A stretch of 64,000 nucleotides of DNA from Moniliella sp. 'wahieum'. Taxonomy: Eukaryota. Shown in pieces: positions 13,174 through 26,111 of the stretch (positions are counted from its first letter, which is position 1; every line of letters starts with the position of its first letter). The stretch is from assembly GCA_003971905.1 (NCBI GenBank), contig RSEE01000023.1, forward strand, positions 1 through 64,000, given 5' to 3'. The position numbers and the translations under genes were made by a program. The notes below the pieces were generated by a model. It was given only the letters and a program-made list of their open reading frames with translations, was not told the origin of the DNA and ran no database searches.

Positions 13174-13380
13174 TGCTAGGATGCGACTTGGGAGCACTCG
13201 CGATCCTATGCATCAGCTGCAAAGCAGCCTTCAGACGAGACGTGAAGGCAAAGTGGTGAGCCACAAGTCTTCAACTGAAGCAACGTCTGAAGGGAAGGAG
13301 AAAGGAAAGAGAGAAGGGAGATGGAGCGAGCAGGGCGTGAGCAGCCTGCGAGCCGAACTCTTCGGCGCGACTAAGCGAGC
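13174..13380. repeat. direct repeat, copy A (~210 bp)
   Basis: TGCGACTT.GGAGCACTCGCGATCCTATG.ATCAGCTGCAAAGCA...GTGAAGGCAAAGTGGTGAGCCA.AAGTCTTCAA...CTGAAGGGAAGGAGAAAGGA.AGAGAGAAGGGAGATGGAGCGAG recurs at 17202-17405. Confidence 0.9.
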
Positions 13381-14536
13381 TGCACGGTCCTCAAGTGATC
13401 GGTGACGCTGGTCTAGCCGGCGCAGGCGGCACACCCCTTGCTGGATTCATCTCCCTCCTCTATCTCCTGTCCTCTTTCCTTCTTCCGACAACATACGTTT
13501 TGCTGGAAGACCTGTGGATCAACGATCACCACTTTGTCTTCATGCCTTGTCTCAAGGCTGCCTTGCAAATGTAATCTCATAGGATCGCACCCTAGCCCTC
13601 CAGACCTGGTTAAAGCAGGAATGAACCGCAAGGAGCTTCTCATGGAAATAAGATTCATAGAGAGTAGGGAGGTTATATAAAACGTGTATATTCCTTTTTT
13701 TCAAGAGCACTAAATCGCTGCGACATCTGCGCGCAGACGGACCAATTACGAGGTTCGACAAGATGGGCGCAATGTGCATACGGAAAATCGTGGCATTTGG
13801 GCCCCCTTCCATGTTCGGCTGCGATGAATGGCCGTAGTCTTGAAAACATCCTCGATCTCCTCACTATAATAAATCGTAGTACACTATATTGCAAGATAGA
13901 GTTGCCATCTGCTTCGATGAGAGGGCTGCGAAATGTGGTGCTCTATACGGAAGTAACCAGACCGCCGCGTTCACAAAGGGGGCGGAGCGAAGAGAGAACC
14001 TCGAGCTGTGGCGGTAATTCCTCTCACCTCCTATTTACACGTTGAGAGGTGATATGAGGCCTGGAGTCCGGATGGCCCTCGATGGTGATGCAATCGCAAT
14101 CGCACTGGTGGTGGCGGTAGTCTAAGCCAACCAGAAACGCCTACACGGATCATCGAGCAGCGAGTCGCCACCAGGGGCTAAGCTGCCGAACAAGGAAAAA
14201 TAGGAGAGAGAAAACAACGGAGGAGAACTACTAATATAGGCTTGTGAGGAGGAACTGAATTGACGTTGGCCAAAAAGCATGAGCCACCTGATGCACCTGT
14301 GAGGCCTGATGGCTCAACATGAGGGATACCTGATTTAAGTATTACCGCAACAGACATGCGGACTCTCTTATCGAATCCATAACTGAATGAGTTGAAACCC
14401 GGGAAGTAATATATAGCTCGCGGTATATATATCAGGACGAATGGCAGTGTCCTCGATGCTTTGGAGAATCCCCCCAATCCCAGCAATCCCTGCAAACACA
14501 CCTCGGACCCTCTCCGTTATACCACCATCAACTTCG

Positions 14537-16729
14537 ATGCTCGACCGCTTTCCCTTTGAGATCCTTCTGCAAATCGCCACCAGCGGCCACCTAGCACCGT
14601 GAACTCATCCACCTGTCGTGGACTTGCCAAGGTACTCACACCTCCCTCCTACATGTGCAACCCCAAGCATCGTCCTATGCTAGGAAACGGCATCTGTTGT
14701 ACCCAACAGGCCTCCATGTCGGATCCGCTAACTCTCTGTGCTCTTTCCAGGTCTGCGTCCTACTTGCAAGACGAGACTCTGTGGCACCATGTCGCTTTAC
14801 TTCTTCTCCATCTTCCATCCATGGCCACCACTCTCCCCGAGGCCGCCCAGAGTGCCGGGTTTGAGGTCGCACCACGCACGTGGCAGGGACTGCTCGTTGC
14901 TTGTGAGATGCTGGAGGAAGAGTTTGGGCGGACCATGACGGGAACCTCTCTGCGTCCCAAGCGTTCCACCTCTCACCGAACTGGTTTTCGTTCATTCATG
15001 CGGCGACTCCCTTGGGCAAGAGAACGCGATCCACCTCCAGACCCACCTCTTACCAAGGTTTCCCCTCGTGTCCAATGCGACGCGACGGTTGGCGTGTATG
15101 GGTGGGCCCGCTCGCCCATACCCACGTTTGCCTCGCCAACGGCTATGAAACTCCAGCGCCAGAACATTAAAGAGTTTAACGATCCCCGAATTGAGCTACG
15201 GGAGAACATGGTCGTCATGACGGATTTGTTTAAATGCTCACCATCCAACGTCCTCTGGACTTGCCGGGTGCCGGAAGGAGAAACCTTTGGCGGAGGGATG
15301 GTGCTGAAAGAAGGCTGGCTTTTGCTCCGGTGGATCGTCGAAATGCCCACGGCCACGACGTTATCGCGCGCAGTGGGGTCCAACAACATGTGGTGGCGTA
15401 TCGGGCAAAGGCATGCCCCCATGGAGGGTTTCCATCCCATGAATGCCAAGAATGGGACAAAGCCTATGACGTGCTGTACTTCTGGGAAATTGTTGCAGCT
15501 GTCGTTCAATACCCTTACTTGTTTACCTTGTGCGTGAATCCTCATCCTAAAATGAGAATCGTGCGCAGAATTTGGACCTGACCTGTGGGTGATCGGGGTG
15601 AATCTCATCAGAAGCTACTCACCGAATGAAGACGACCAGACTGAACTCACCACTTACAATCTCCTTACCCAAGAGAGGAGGGATGAAGTGGCACTTCTGA
15701 GACGCACCGATATGATGTCCTATCGTTGGTGGGCTATTAATTTTAGCACCCCCTTAGGATCGATCGGAAATGGGCCTATGTTTGGACCACACATGCGTGG
15801 ACCGTTCTCGAACGTGCGACTGGCACATGCATCTTCAATTTTTCCCAGCTCATGTCGTCCCAAGCCGGACTGAAGATGCCCCGGTCCTATTTGACGCTCC
15901 AAGGCCCGGCCACCCCTCAAGGTCGCTCGTTCCTGAAGGCCGAGCCTGCATTTCCAGATTTGGGCGATGAACGTCTGTGGGGGTTTAGTGCCTGGCCCTC
16001 ATCGGATACCTGGGTCTTTATGTTCCACGAGAGCACGACGGACTTGATGCGTTTAGTGCTGGTCAAACATTACCGCGCCATATTAGCCCCGCACTCCTGA
16101 GTCCTGATCCTTGGATGGTGGTCATTGATATCATCCCATCACAGCTCTCCAAAAGGGGCCCGACCGATTTGGAACGGCCGTATGCTATAAGCTCCAAACC
16201 CGATTTTGTTATCGACGATGGCCGAGCTCTTTTCCCTGTCTTGGTTCCCAACTGGCACATGAAAGTGATGCAGGCACAAAGCCACCGCGGCGTGATTGGC
16301 CAGTACAAATCGTTTGGCAGATCCTCCATTTGGCCCAGGCCTCGGTCTGCAGACCAAGTTTTTGTTGGATCGATGCGAATGGTTTTGGTGGATTGGAAGC
16401 ATGCATCGCGGCCAGACGAGATTCGCGTGACCGACCTCCCCCTGCCTGCCATAATGGTGCATGCGTCGGAGCCTGAACCAATAGTGTTGGGCAACAAATT
16501 TTCCCTTCCGGGCCCATGTGCGGAGGGGACTCAGTGGTTGAGCACCATTCACTGCAGATCTCAATTTCTGCCGTCCTCCAGCCTGCTTACACCGGCCAGT
16601 GCCACCGTCGCATTCACCGCTTTTAGTACCTCCTTATTGAACGTCATACATACTTCATTGCGAGTACGTGCTCTCTTTCCAATTGACAACGCAACTGTGA
16701 TTAACCCCAGGATTCCTGGTGTGGGATGA
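14537..16729 (+). CDS. F-box-like protein with lineage-specific C-terminus (frameshifted; intact or decayed unclear)
   Basis: MLDRFPFEILLQIATSGHL..(frameshift)RELIHLSWTC, a probable intron at 14632-14709, then DPLTLCALSRSASYLQDETLWHHV. Chained + ORFs 14599..15537, 15234..15581, 15589..15873, 15852..16100 and 16115..16729. Confidence 0.55.
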
Positions 16730-17201
16730 AGCATGAGACACGGTTCAAGCTGTACACCATCCTCCAAAAGGTCATGCCTCAGGACAGCGACGGACGCGAT
16801 GGACTGGGCAAGGAAGCCAACCAGGCTTATGTGGTGCACTGGGACTGGGGCGCGCGGGCACGCGAGTGGCTGAGGACCCATTGAGTGTGCTTCAGTATAC
16901 CGCTGCGGTGGCATCTGCCCATTAGGGTGGGAAAATTGCTCTGAAATAGATGGTGCAATGAGGCCGTCCAGCTATAGTGGTGAAGGCGGAGAACCAAGAA
17001 CGCGAGAGCATCAGTACGCCTCGTTTGTTCCTTCTGCCTATATACTAGCACAGCTCTCCAACCTAGAACGCCAATGGCATTAAGCCACTGCCAGGGATAA
17101 ACGGCCCGACAACACTTTTGAGGGAGAGTGCCGTTGGACGGCGTCCCACAGACGAAGAGTTTCGCCAGAATATAAGCTATCGTGGCCCGGTGCGGGCATA
17201 T

Positions 17202-17405
17202 TGCTAGAGTGCGACTTAGGAGCACTCGCGATCCTATGGATCAGCTGCAAAGCACCTTCACAAGACGTGAAGGCAAAGTGGTGAGCCAAAAGTCTTCAAG
17301 CAACATCTGAAGGGAAGGAGAAAGGAGAGAGAGAAGGGAGATGGAGCGAGAGCAGGGCGTGCGCGGCCTGCGAGCGGAACTCTTCCGCCCAGCTATAAGC
17401 GAGCG
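17202..17405. repeat. direct repeat, copy B (~205 bp)
   Basis: Aligns by eye with 13174-13380, with scattered substitutions and small indels. Confidence 0.9.
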
Positions 17406-17660
17406 TCACCGATCCACTGAGGGCCGTGTAGGGGAACCCTCGCACCACCCTCTAACAATATGTGGACCCGTCAAAACATTCTTTTCTTTGCAGAGGGACA
17501 AGGAGAGACCAAGGGTGAGAATTAATCAGCCCAGAGAGCAAAGAGAAGGGACGGTAGAGAGAGTGAAGAGCGACCAAGTTATATACATGTATAGGAGATG
17601 AGAGAAAGATTGACAGGCTTGCCGGCTAGACGTGTGTCAAGGGGCAAACTGAACCATCCT

Positions 17661-20231
17661 TCAGTTGTGACTGGTCAGGGACCAGCTGTTGAGAGCGACC
17701 GATGGCGGTTGCGCCTGGTCGGCGCTACTCAGGTCGTCCCACTGTGGCTGAAACAGCACCTCAATTGTCTGCTGCGAGCCAGGCTTGAGGTCAATTTTGA
17801 GTACCGACACGCCACGTTGGTCGGGTTGCCCGGCAAATTGTCCGCCGACGCACCCGGCCCCCAAGGAAGAACCAGCAGGGGGGCCTTCGGTGATGAAAGT
17901 GGCGCCCGGTGGGCTGAGAATCGACACTTTCATCACCTTGGGCTGGGAAAAGCTGTAGCTAACGCCGATGGCGGCATTGGGATCGGTCAGGTTGTTCAGT
18001 GTCAAGGTTGCGTTGGCACCCGCGAGCGAGATGGTGGCATTGGTTGCATGCGCCACTCGATCGACGACTTGCCACCCCAGCAGCAATCTCGTCCCGAAGC
18101 AGTACTTGCCGACGCGCATTGAGGGGCCGAATCCCACGCACCACCTTGCCCGTCGTTTGGTTATAGGCGGAACTCATATCGGTGACGAAGTAGGCATTGT
18201 CCCAGTGCTAGGGGAAAAGTTGATGGCGCTCGATTGGGTCTTGTTGGTGGTGCCAAACTTGTTGACTGGTGCACAATTGACTTGCTGATTGGCCCCATCA
18301 ATCAAAAGCGTGTTTTGGCCGGCCGTGCCCTTGCGGTAGTAGGTCCAACGCTGGGCCTGCTCCGTTTCTGAGGTAAAGTAGCCAGGAGACAAGTACTGTG
18401 CCGAGCCGTACTCGCCGGCAAACCGGGTGCCCAGCGCATCAATCACAAAGTCGCCCACATCCAGATCGCCATGGGTTTGGTGGCCAGTCAGATTGGATGC
18501 CTTCATCGCCACATACAGCCCGGTAAAGTCAGTCCAGGATGAACGCATCGACACCCACGAGCCGCGCGTGTCGGGGAAAATAACGGTCAAGAGGGAGGTC
18601 GTTCCAGAAGGCGCCAGTGGCCGACGTATCATACCAAAACAGGGCCAAGGGATCCCCCATTGCATCGGCCCGATCCCGTTGGAAGAGCGTGAGAAGGGGT
18701 TGCTTATACTGATTCCCCACCATAACATGCCATTTGCGTTGGTGGAAAACTTGTTGGGTCCATGGTCCCCATATGCCATCATGCCCGCCATACCGGAGAC
18801 GTACATGTGGAAATAGCCCGTCTTGTAAAACTCTGGGTTCAAGCCTGGTTGCTGCCCGTGGCGGTGATCAAGGAGGACTCGGCACGGACGGCAGCGTTGG
18901 TTCCAAAGTACCAGTAATTGGGCGTTTCGGCCCAGGTACCATCAGAGTAGGGACCCTGGAAACAGTTATCTGTAAGTTGGCCCAGAGCCAGGTCGAGCAC
19001 TTGGGAGCCGATCTTGTTGGGATCATCACCATCGTCCCCACTGATGGCAAGGGCACCCAGGAGGAGACCCGAGTTGGACACAATTCCAGTTCCCGTTTCC
19101 ATTCGACGCTTCCGCCCACCACCCAATACTGCCATTCCTTTCAGAGCCGACAGGCCTGGAACCAGTCCAAGGGTGATGATGCTCCACCGCAGCGATTGGA
19201 GTTGGGTGGCGTTCCATGCATCATGGAGCCAATCGTAGCCAATTGCAAACGCGGCGGTCATCTCGCCGGTGTCAAGGAAGTGGGTCGGGTTCCAATGTTG
19301 GTCAGGGAGCGGCGCTGGTCCTTGCCCAAAGGGAGTCGAGGTATTTCCTGCGGCGGTAACGAGTTCAGTCCAAGCCCGATCCACCCACTTTTTATCCTTG
19401 GTCATGCGGTAGGCGTATGCAAATGCCCGGATCCGCCGCTGCACTTCCCGGGACACGTCTAACACGCCCGATCCGGCATAGCCGCCATCAATACTGTAGT
19501 TCGTGACAGGCATGCTGTACCACGCCGATGCGTTGGCAAATACAGAGTCGTTCATCGCTGTCAGGTAGGCATCGTGTTGGATCCGCTGTTCCATGCAGTT
19601 CCACATGTAGCCAGGTGCCATGAGACGCGGGTGAGCACGCAGGTTGGTCATGGATAGGCCAGATGATGATCGTCTTGGCATGCCACGGCGGGATTACCGT
19701 TACCCGCAGGGCTAGCTGTGTTGGCTGTCTTGAGAAACATCGGGTTCCCATACATGTCGGTAGATCCAGAGAAGAGATGGTCCGCTTTGCCTGCAGACGC
19801 ATGACTGTTGGCAAGCGAAGTGAGGGAGGGATTGTCGATCTGGGTACTACCGCCCTGCGAAGCAGCATTGGTCCCTGACGAACCGTTTTTCTTGGACTGT
19901 GCGCGCCAAAGTAGCCACCCAGCACGGCGGCGACGATGATAACCACGGCGACGATGGGAAGAAAGACGGTAAGCCACTTTGACGGCCGCTTCTTGGGGGG
20001 TGGGGGCGTTGTAGGAGTACTTGGGTTGGGAGTAGCCAGGGCCGGCGAGGTGCTCACTTGACGCGTTGGGTGCATATCCATTGTTGTATCCCGAGCTCGT
20101 GTCGAGGTAGTAGCTGCTCGCGTTCTCTGCTTGAGGAACGCGCCCTGGGAAGCACTGTCATCGTAGTGTCCCGGGGCGTAGCCGGCTTGGCTGTAGCCCG
20201 AGTTGTTGTTGTGCAAGTAAGGCTGGGCCAT
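17661..20231 (-). CDS. membrane-anchored heparinase II/III-like polysaccharide lyase
   Basis: Single N-terminal TM segment (KWLTVFLPIVAVVIIVAAVLGGYFG), then AHPRLMAP, HWNPTHFLDTGEMTAAFAIGYDWL, DGTWAETPNYWYFG, HQTHGDLDVGDFVIDALGTRFAGEYG and YYRKGTAGQNTL. Confidence 0.85.
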
Positions 20232-21120
20232 TGTTGCTGCCAGCACCACGCGTGGCGCAATGGATAGAGAAGGAGAGGAAGGGTGGAGGCGGGACGGAAA
20301 GAGATACGGCGTGATGGGGCGTGGTGCGACCCGAAGCCAGCAGCTGCTCGCACCGCTTGCTGTTAGACCCTTGTCTCGTCTGGTCCCCTGGGTGGCGCCT
20401 CCGCATGGCGTCAGTGTGGGGGCACGCGTCTCGTGTGCGACGCCCCCAGGAGAGGAGCATGGGGGCAGCGTTGCATGGCATCCCATCTGCCGACAAGTCA
20501 CACGCAGCACGCGAGCCATGGTGCAAAAGGTAGGGGGGCAGTGTTCAACCTTCAACCCCAGTCATTGATCACGCATCTGTGACCGAGTCACCTGTGATCA
20601 TCGTTCAAACTGTCAGGCGCGTCACGCGTCCCTGGCAACTGACCAGTGACTTATCATCACAGGTCCAGTACTCGGAGTACGCAGTGCGCGCTCTGCTGGG
20701 TCGCTCCACACACTGGTAGTGTGCCTTGATGGCACCTGGCGAGTGGCATCCTGTGGACTACAGCGTGTCGCAGTTCAGCATCCTACCATTGTCCTCCTCG
20801 CGTCGGTCCAATTTCAATTGCAAACACCAGCTATCGCAGCGTCCTGTCGCGCGCGCCCTCCCACGCCCTGTATCAAGTCGATTTGCATACCGTCGCATCA
20901 ATCCGTCACGCGTGAAAGTCACACATCATGGAACACCGAACATCCATTCATTGACATCGAGAACGTCGAACGTCGAACATCGACCAACCTCCGGGGCGAC
21001 CGGTGAGGCTCATTGGCTAAAAAAAAGTGTACTATCCGTTCGCCTACAAGCTTCCACAGCTTGAGGCCTCCAAGCTTCGCCGTCACCAACCAGATATACA
21101 CCGTCCTCGTGCCTCATCGC

Positions 21121-22348
21121 CTAATCGAGTCCGGCAGTGTCCGGATGTTGGAATGGCATACGGAAAAGCCTCGGAGGGAGACGACCGCCACGAATGTTGA
21201 CTTGCAAACTTGCGTGGAGCAATTTGGGCGCAGCCAGCGACTTGTCCCGAGCGCGACGCATGTCAAGAAACTGCTGTTCCCGGCACGCTGGCTCAATCTC
21301 GTCCGGACTACCAAGGAGGGTGGGGCAGCCTGTGCCTTGCAGGTGAATGTTGGACCGGCGCTGCTCGGCCACCGTGGTCCGATCCTGTGGTGGCCGGGAA
21401 GAAGGAGGATAGTCATGTCCCACATATACGAATGTGTCGTCGGGCAGAGACAAGATGGTTGTAATGAATCGTATAGGCTTTCTGCCGATCCCCCTGGGAA
21501 ATCGGCGCGGGCCGACCCAACGTCAGGAAGGAAGATCACATCCCCACAAAAGAGGTGTTGGCCAATGAGATAGCCGGTGTGGTCAGGCGTGTGGCCGGAA
21601 GGTACAGTACAGCGCAAGTTGTGCCACCAAACGTGAAGCTGTCCGTCGCGCCGGGGGTGACCCAATCGGCGCTGGTCCAGTACGAAAGAGCACGTCAAAG
21701 TCGCCAAGGTCGGGAGTCAGACCGTACCGTGGCCCAAAACGCGCTTGGACCTGGCCGATGCCCGCGCCCATACACACGGGCACAGGGCCACGCGTCGCCG
21801 CTAAGCCTCGAGCGGTCAGTTGCGACTTGAGATAATGTGCTCCTGTGAGGTGGTCTGCATGGGCGTGTGTCTCGAGAATCCGACTCACTCGGTACCCCTG
21901 CTCTGAAGGAGGGCGATAAGTGCGTCGGCCGAGTCGGTGCCAATGGTCTGCTTGTTGGGGTCGTAGTCAAGCACAGGATCAATGATAATGCACGTCTCCA
22001 TATCCTGGCCAACCACAAGGTAGGTCCATGTGCTGGTAGGGCCATGAAACAGACCATGGATCGTCGGTTGGCCGCGCTCGGCATAAAACGTGCTGCGTTC
22101 GTAATGGCCTCCTATGGGGCACGGGGCAGGGGGCTCTTTTGCAGGCAGGCCCAGCCGAGATTCAGAGGACGAGGGGTGGGATTCATGCGTGACCTAGTAA
22201 TGGGAATAGCTTGGACACGAGGAGAGCCGGTGGTAAGAATCCGTGCCAGGCGAGGGCTTAGATACAGGGCTGCTTTGGTGGGAGCCATCGCATGGCCAAC
22301 AGCCGGAGCGAAGCGAGGAAGTGTAGGCAGTAATGGGCAGGCACTCAT
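21121..22348 (-). CDS. metallo-beta-lactamase-fold persulfide dioxygenase (Blh/ETHE1-like)
   Basis: ILETHAHADHLTGA, GHTPDH..YLIG..LFCGDVIFLPDVGSARADFPGGSA, YVGHDYPP and RDKSLAAPKLLHASLQVNIRGGRLP. The basic N-terminal extension could be a mitochondrial presequence. Confidence 0.85.
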
Positions 22349-23083
22349 GGTGGAGGGATAGAGGGGAGGGGAGGGGGGAGATCTGACGACCGAAAGAAGC
22401 ATCGAGCGGCATCTCCCTGTTGAACTTTATGATATGGTCCCACCCATCAGGTGGAGCTGATAGTGGTGATAGCCGGGCCCGATGGATCGAAGCAGCAGCA
22501 ATCTCGCCGGGCCAGGCCAGGCCCCGGCCACTTTTCGCCAGCCCCACCTAAGCTCCCCCAGTCTACACGGCGAATGGCAGTTACGTAAGTGCGTCACAAT
22601 AATGCGCACATCCCACAACAAAAGTGGCCGAAATAATTACAACCCACCAACTGCGCCCGAGTGCGGTGGGGAGCCACGCGGTGACGGCTACTAAGTACTA
22701 ACCGGTTAAAGTGCCCTCCGCACCTTGGCCTGCCTTGGCGCGCCTGGTAGTGGGCAAAGTGACATGGACCGTCCGTCCTATCAATGGGGAGAGATCATCC
22801 GGCGAGCGGTCTGCGCTGAGCACATGCTTGTCATGATCTTAACTCTCAGATGAGATCTCAGATGGTATGGCTTTGATGTGAAAAAGTACTTTTCCATATA
22901 TGCCCGCACCCAAAACAGTCCTATCGTTAATAGTGACATGTGACCTCGCGCCGAACGATGCACACGGCGAAGCGTATGGGCAAGACCCACCACCAAGCAT
23001 AGTCCCTGTTTCTGCTTCTCGACTACCTATACCTCTCTGTCGCTTCACTTGCGAAATCAGAAGGTTGAACACAACACATCAGG

Positions 23084-23850
23084 ATGTGGAAGCCGGGCAA
23101 GCTCAACGACGTGGTAAAGCGCACGCCGCTCAAGTGGCACCTCCTCGTCATCAGTGTTGTTACTGGCCTTTTGGACGCGACGACGTATGGAGACTTGCAA
23201 CTGTTCGCATCCAACCAAACCGGGAACACCATCATCCTCTTTGTCCTTCTCTTGGGTAAAAAGCCAGGGGAGTATTCCAACTATCCTGACCTTCTGCCCA
23301 CTGGTATCTCCCTTGCCACATTTCTCGTCATGGGATTTCTCTGGGGGCGAGCAGGACTGCGCGCTGGACCTAGAAAGAGTGGTGGCAAATGTTTTCGTTG
23401 TTGTTTCAAGCGGGAATGCTTCTTCTTTGCCATTCTACTCGATACCAACGTGATCCGCCCGGGTTTGCGAGTGGGCCATGGGAGGCGGAGAAACGACGCG
23501 GCATTGGCATGTTGCTGGCTGCACCATCAGGCGCACAAGTAGCCCTGGCCCGGTCCTCCGGCATCTCCGAAATTCCAACAGCGATGCTCACCTCTCCCTA
23601 CATGACTTTTTTGTCGACCCCAATCTCTGGTCGCATCCTTGGAAGGTGGAGGATCCCAAGATCAAGACGCGCAATACCCGTGCTCTTTATCTCATGTGCA
23701 TCATTTCTGGCTCGGTTGTGGGCGCCTTGGTTCATCGTCACGCCGCTTCCTCTTCGGCGGCGCTGTACCTGGCATTTTCCCTGCGCCTCTTGGGTGCAGT
23801 CGCGACATTGTTCTTCCCCACCTACCCCCCGAGGCTTACTCGATTGACAA
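23084..23850 (+). CDS. YoaK/DUF1275 family membrane protein
   Basis: VTGLLDATTY..LQLFASNQTGNTIIL, GAQVALAR..GISEIPTAMLTSPY and DPNL...RNTR, with several hydrophobic helices. The true start may lie upstream, near 22900. Confidence 0.82.
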
Positions 23851-23913
23851 GACCAGCCCCTAATATGCTCATTCCGTTTCTGTAATATCGCTGCCCTCCT
23901 TTGCTCGTGTAAT

Positions 23914-24815
23914 CTCTATTCTGCATCCATATCATTGAGAGAGCTTAAGGCTGGGACAGGGAAACGCTACGCCCTAAACCGACCCGTTCATCTTGCATAT
24001 GTTACTGGTAGCGCCACCACTGCTAGTGAACCAGGGGGATCGCCTGGCAGGGTATCAGGACCCTTTAGTGCTAGCCATCCGGTCCCGTACCCGAGGTAGA
24101 GCGTGTGGACACGGATGAGCGTGGTAGACATCCGAGGGAGGAGCCATTTCCACTGAAACTCGGTGGTTAATTCCTTTCAGTTCCCAAAAGCATTTTGCCT
24201 GCCGTCGTCTTGATGTCATAGTATCCTCGCGTCGTCAAAACCAAAGGGACGAAGAGTTTTCTTGGGTGCATCCCTGGTACTTGGCGTTGTTGTCGCACTC
24301 TGCTTTCGTTCCAGCAGCCGAAGCAACTCCTCCTCCCGGCGCTCCAAAGGCATCGAGCTGCTCTCATGTACCTCCTTCCGCCGGTATGTAGACAGGGCCT
24401 CCTGCGTTCCCGAGTCGGGCATCAACGTGTGGTCCACCTCCAAAGTTCCTGAGCCTCCGATCTCTAGGTCACATTACTTGATGGTAGTCAGTACGCATTG
24501 CCTTCCGCTGATGCCTTGTCCCATCCTCGTCCTCCACAATGGATTCCTTGTGGATGGGTGTCGGGGATGGAGCGCACGCGCTGAAGATTGGGCTCCCGCA
24601 CTGTCCACATGCACCAAACTTGGACTGGGTGCGGATGCAAGCGATAATGTGCTCAAGCGAGGACATGACGCCACACTCGTTGCACATGCTGTGCATGGAA
24701 TGGACAGCGTGCGGAGCTGAAGAGAAACCCTCAATCTGCTTGTCGCTGCGCCGAAAGCAAGGGGATGGAATGGAGGAGAGCCAAGTGCTGAGTGGGTTGC
24801 TGTACTGTCTATAAT
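23914..24815 (-). mobile_element. CRE-clade non-LTR retrotransposon 3' fragment (CCHC + RLE + 3' tail), copy 2
   Basis: Minus frames give STWLSSIP...SD.QI, CNECGVMSSLEHIIAC (CX2CX7HX3C), CDLEIGGSGTLEVDHT (RLE D..D), FVPLVLTTRGYY, and the tail shared with copies 1 and 3. Confidence 0.8.
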
Positions 24816-25900
24816 ACAGAGGGAAAAGGATCAACTTTGGCATAATTTTCCATTGCCCTGATGGCTTCACGGCATCTTTTAAGTATGCCAACGCACACAC
24901 ACGAGTATTAGTTGTGGCTCGGTCCCCTTTTGGTGCGTTGCTTCTCATCCATTCCTTCTCCTGGAGGACTGGAATATTCGCTAGCCTCGTCATGTGCGCA
25001 ATACAATAATACACCATCAACTATGTCTCCGTGATGGCGTTATCCAACCATCACGGTCTGTCAATTTAGTGTGCCAAAGCTGATGATCGGACCGTCAAAC
25101 ATCCCCATACGTGTCTCTTCCAGCGACTGACAGTAATAGGTAGCACAGTGAAAAAAGACCCCGTATATCAGGGGCGACGAATAAGTCGTCTTGCACAACC
25201 GCCTCCACTCCCTCATCCGCGCTCTCGCTTCTCGGCTTCTTTCCCTTTCACTGCTCAGGTTTTCTATCTTTCGCTATATCGCGACTCGGATTCTCGCCTA
25301 TTTACAAAACCCACACAACAATTGTCTCTTCTGCGCTCGCGCTCGTCTAAATCCAACACACTGCTCATGGGTTTTGAGTCGGTTTCTCGTCTCGTTTCTA
25401 GTCTCGGGGTCGGATGTGCCCTTGACCCTCGCCTCGTCTTTCACCTCGTGCATCTCGTGCTTGATTCTCACTTCTTCCGTTTGACTCATTTCCCCTTTTC
25501 ACTGTAGACGTGTTGGTCTTTCCTTTATTCCCCTCCTCTTCTATAAAGACCTGCCTATTCTTAGATCCAACTGGGATGGCCCACAACCCGCCCACCATTC
25601 TTTCCCCTCTCCCTTCTTCTGGACACTCTCCATTCTAAAACGACCAACATTCGATCAGCTCGCTTGCCCTCCCTCACCCGTCGGAGCTCTTCGCTTTCTC
25701 TCGCCAGTCCCCCAAGGTGCAACCTCCTTTGCAGACGCTGTGCCTGGCTCTGCCCGAGACTTCATTTATACCCGGCGAGAGAGTCGAGCACGGTGTTCAT
25801 CGAGTTCAACCTTCAACGTTCGATCATAGTAGCGAATTCTCTGCGTTCAGACATTCGATGCCGTTTTGGCCACAAAACTGTCGTATATTATAGAGGTGGA

Positions 25901-26111
25901 ATGTCAACCACGTTCATCCGTGTCCACATGCGCTTCCTAGGGTACGGGACCGGATGGCGACCACCGGAGGCTCCTGATATCCTGGCGATCCCTCTGGTTC
26001 CTTGACCTTGGCGTTTCCAAGTAACCTCCGCAAGATGAACGGTTCCGTTTAGACGTAGCGTTTCCCCTGTCCCAGCCTTAAGCTCTGTCAACGAAATGGA
26101 CGCACATAGAG
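25901..26111 (+). mobile_element. ~210-bp 3'-terminal fragment of the same retrotransposon, copy 3, flanked by an 11-bp direct repeat
   Basis: Reverse complement closely matches 9021-9240. ATAGAGGTGGA occurs at 25890-25900 and 26106-26116. Confidence 0.8.

Noticed and set aside
13174..13380. Hammerhead or HDV ribozyme in the direct repeat or the retroelement tail
   Set aside because: I could not find a complete CUGANGA...GAAA core with flanking stems or an HDV pseudoknot by eye. An Infernal search would be needed.
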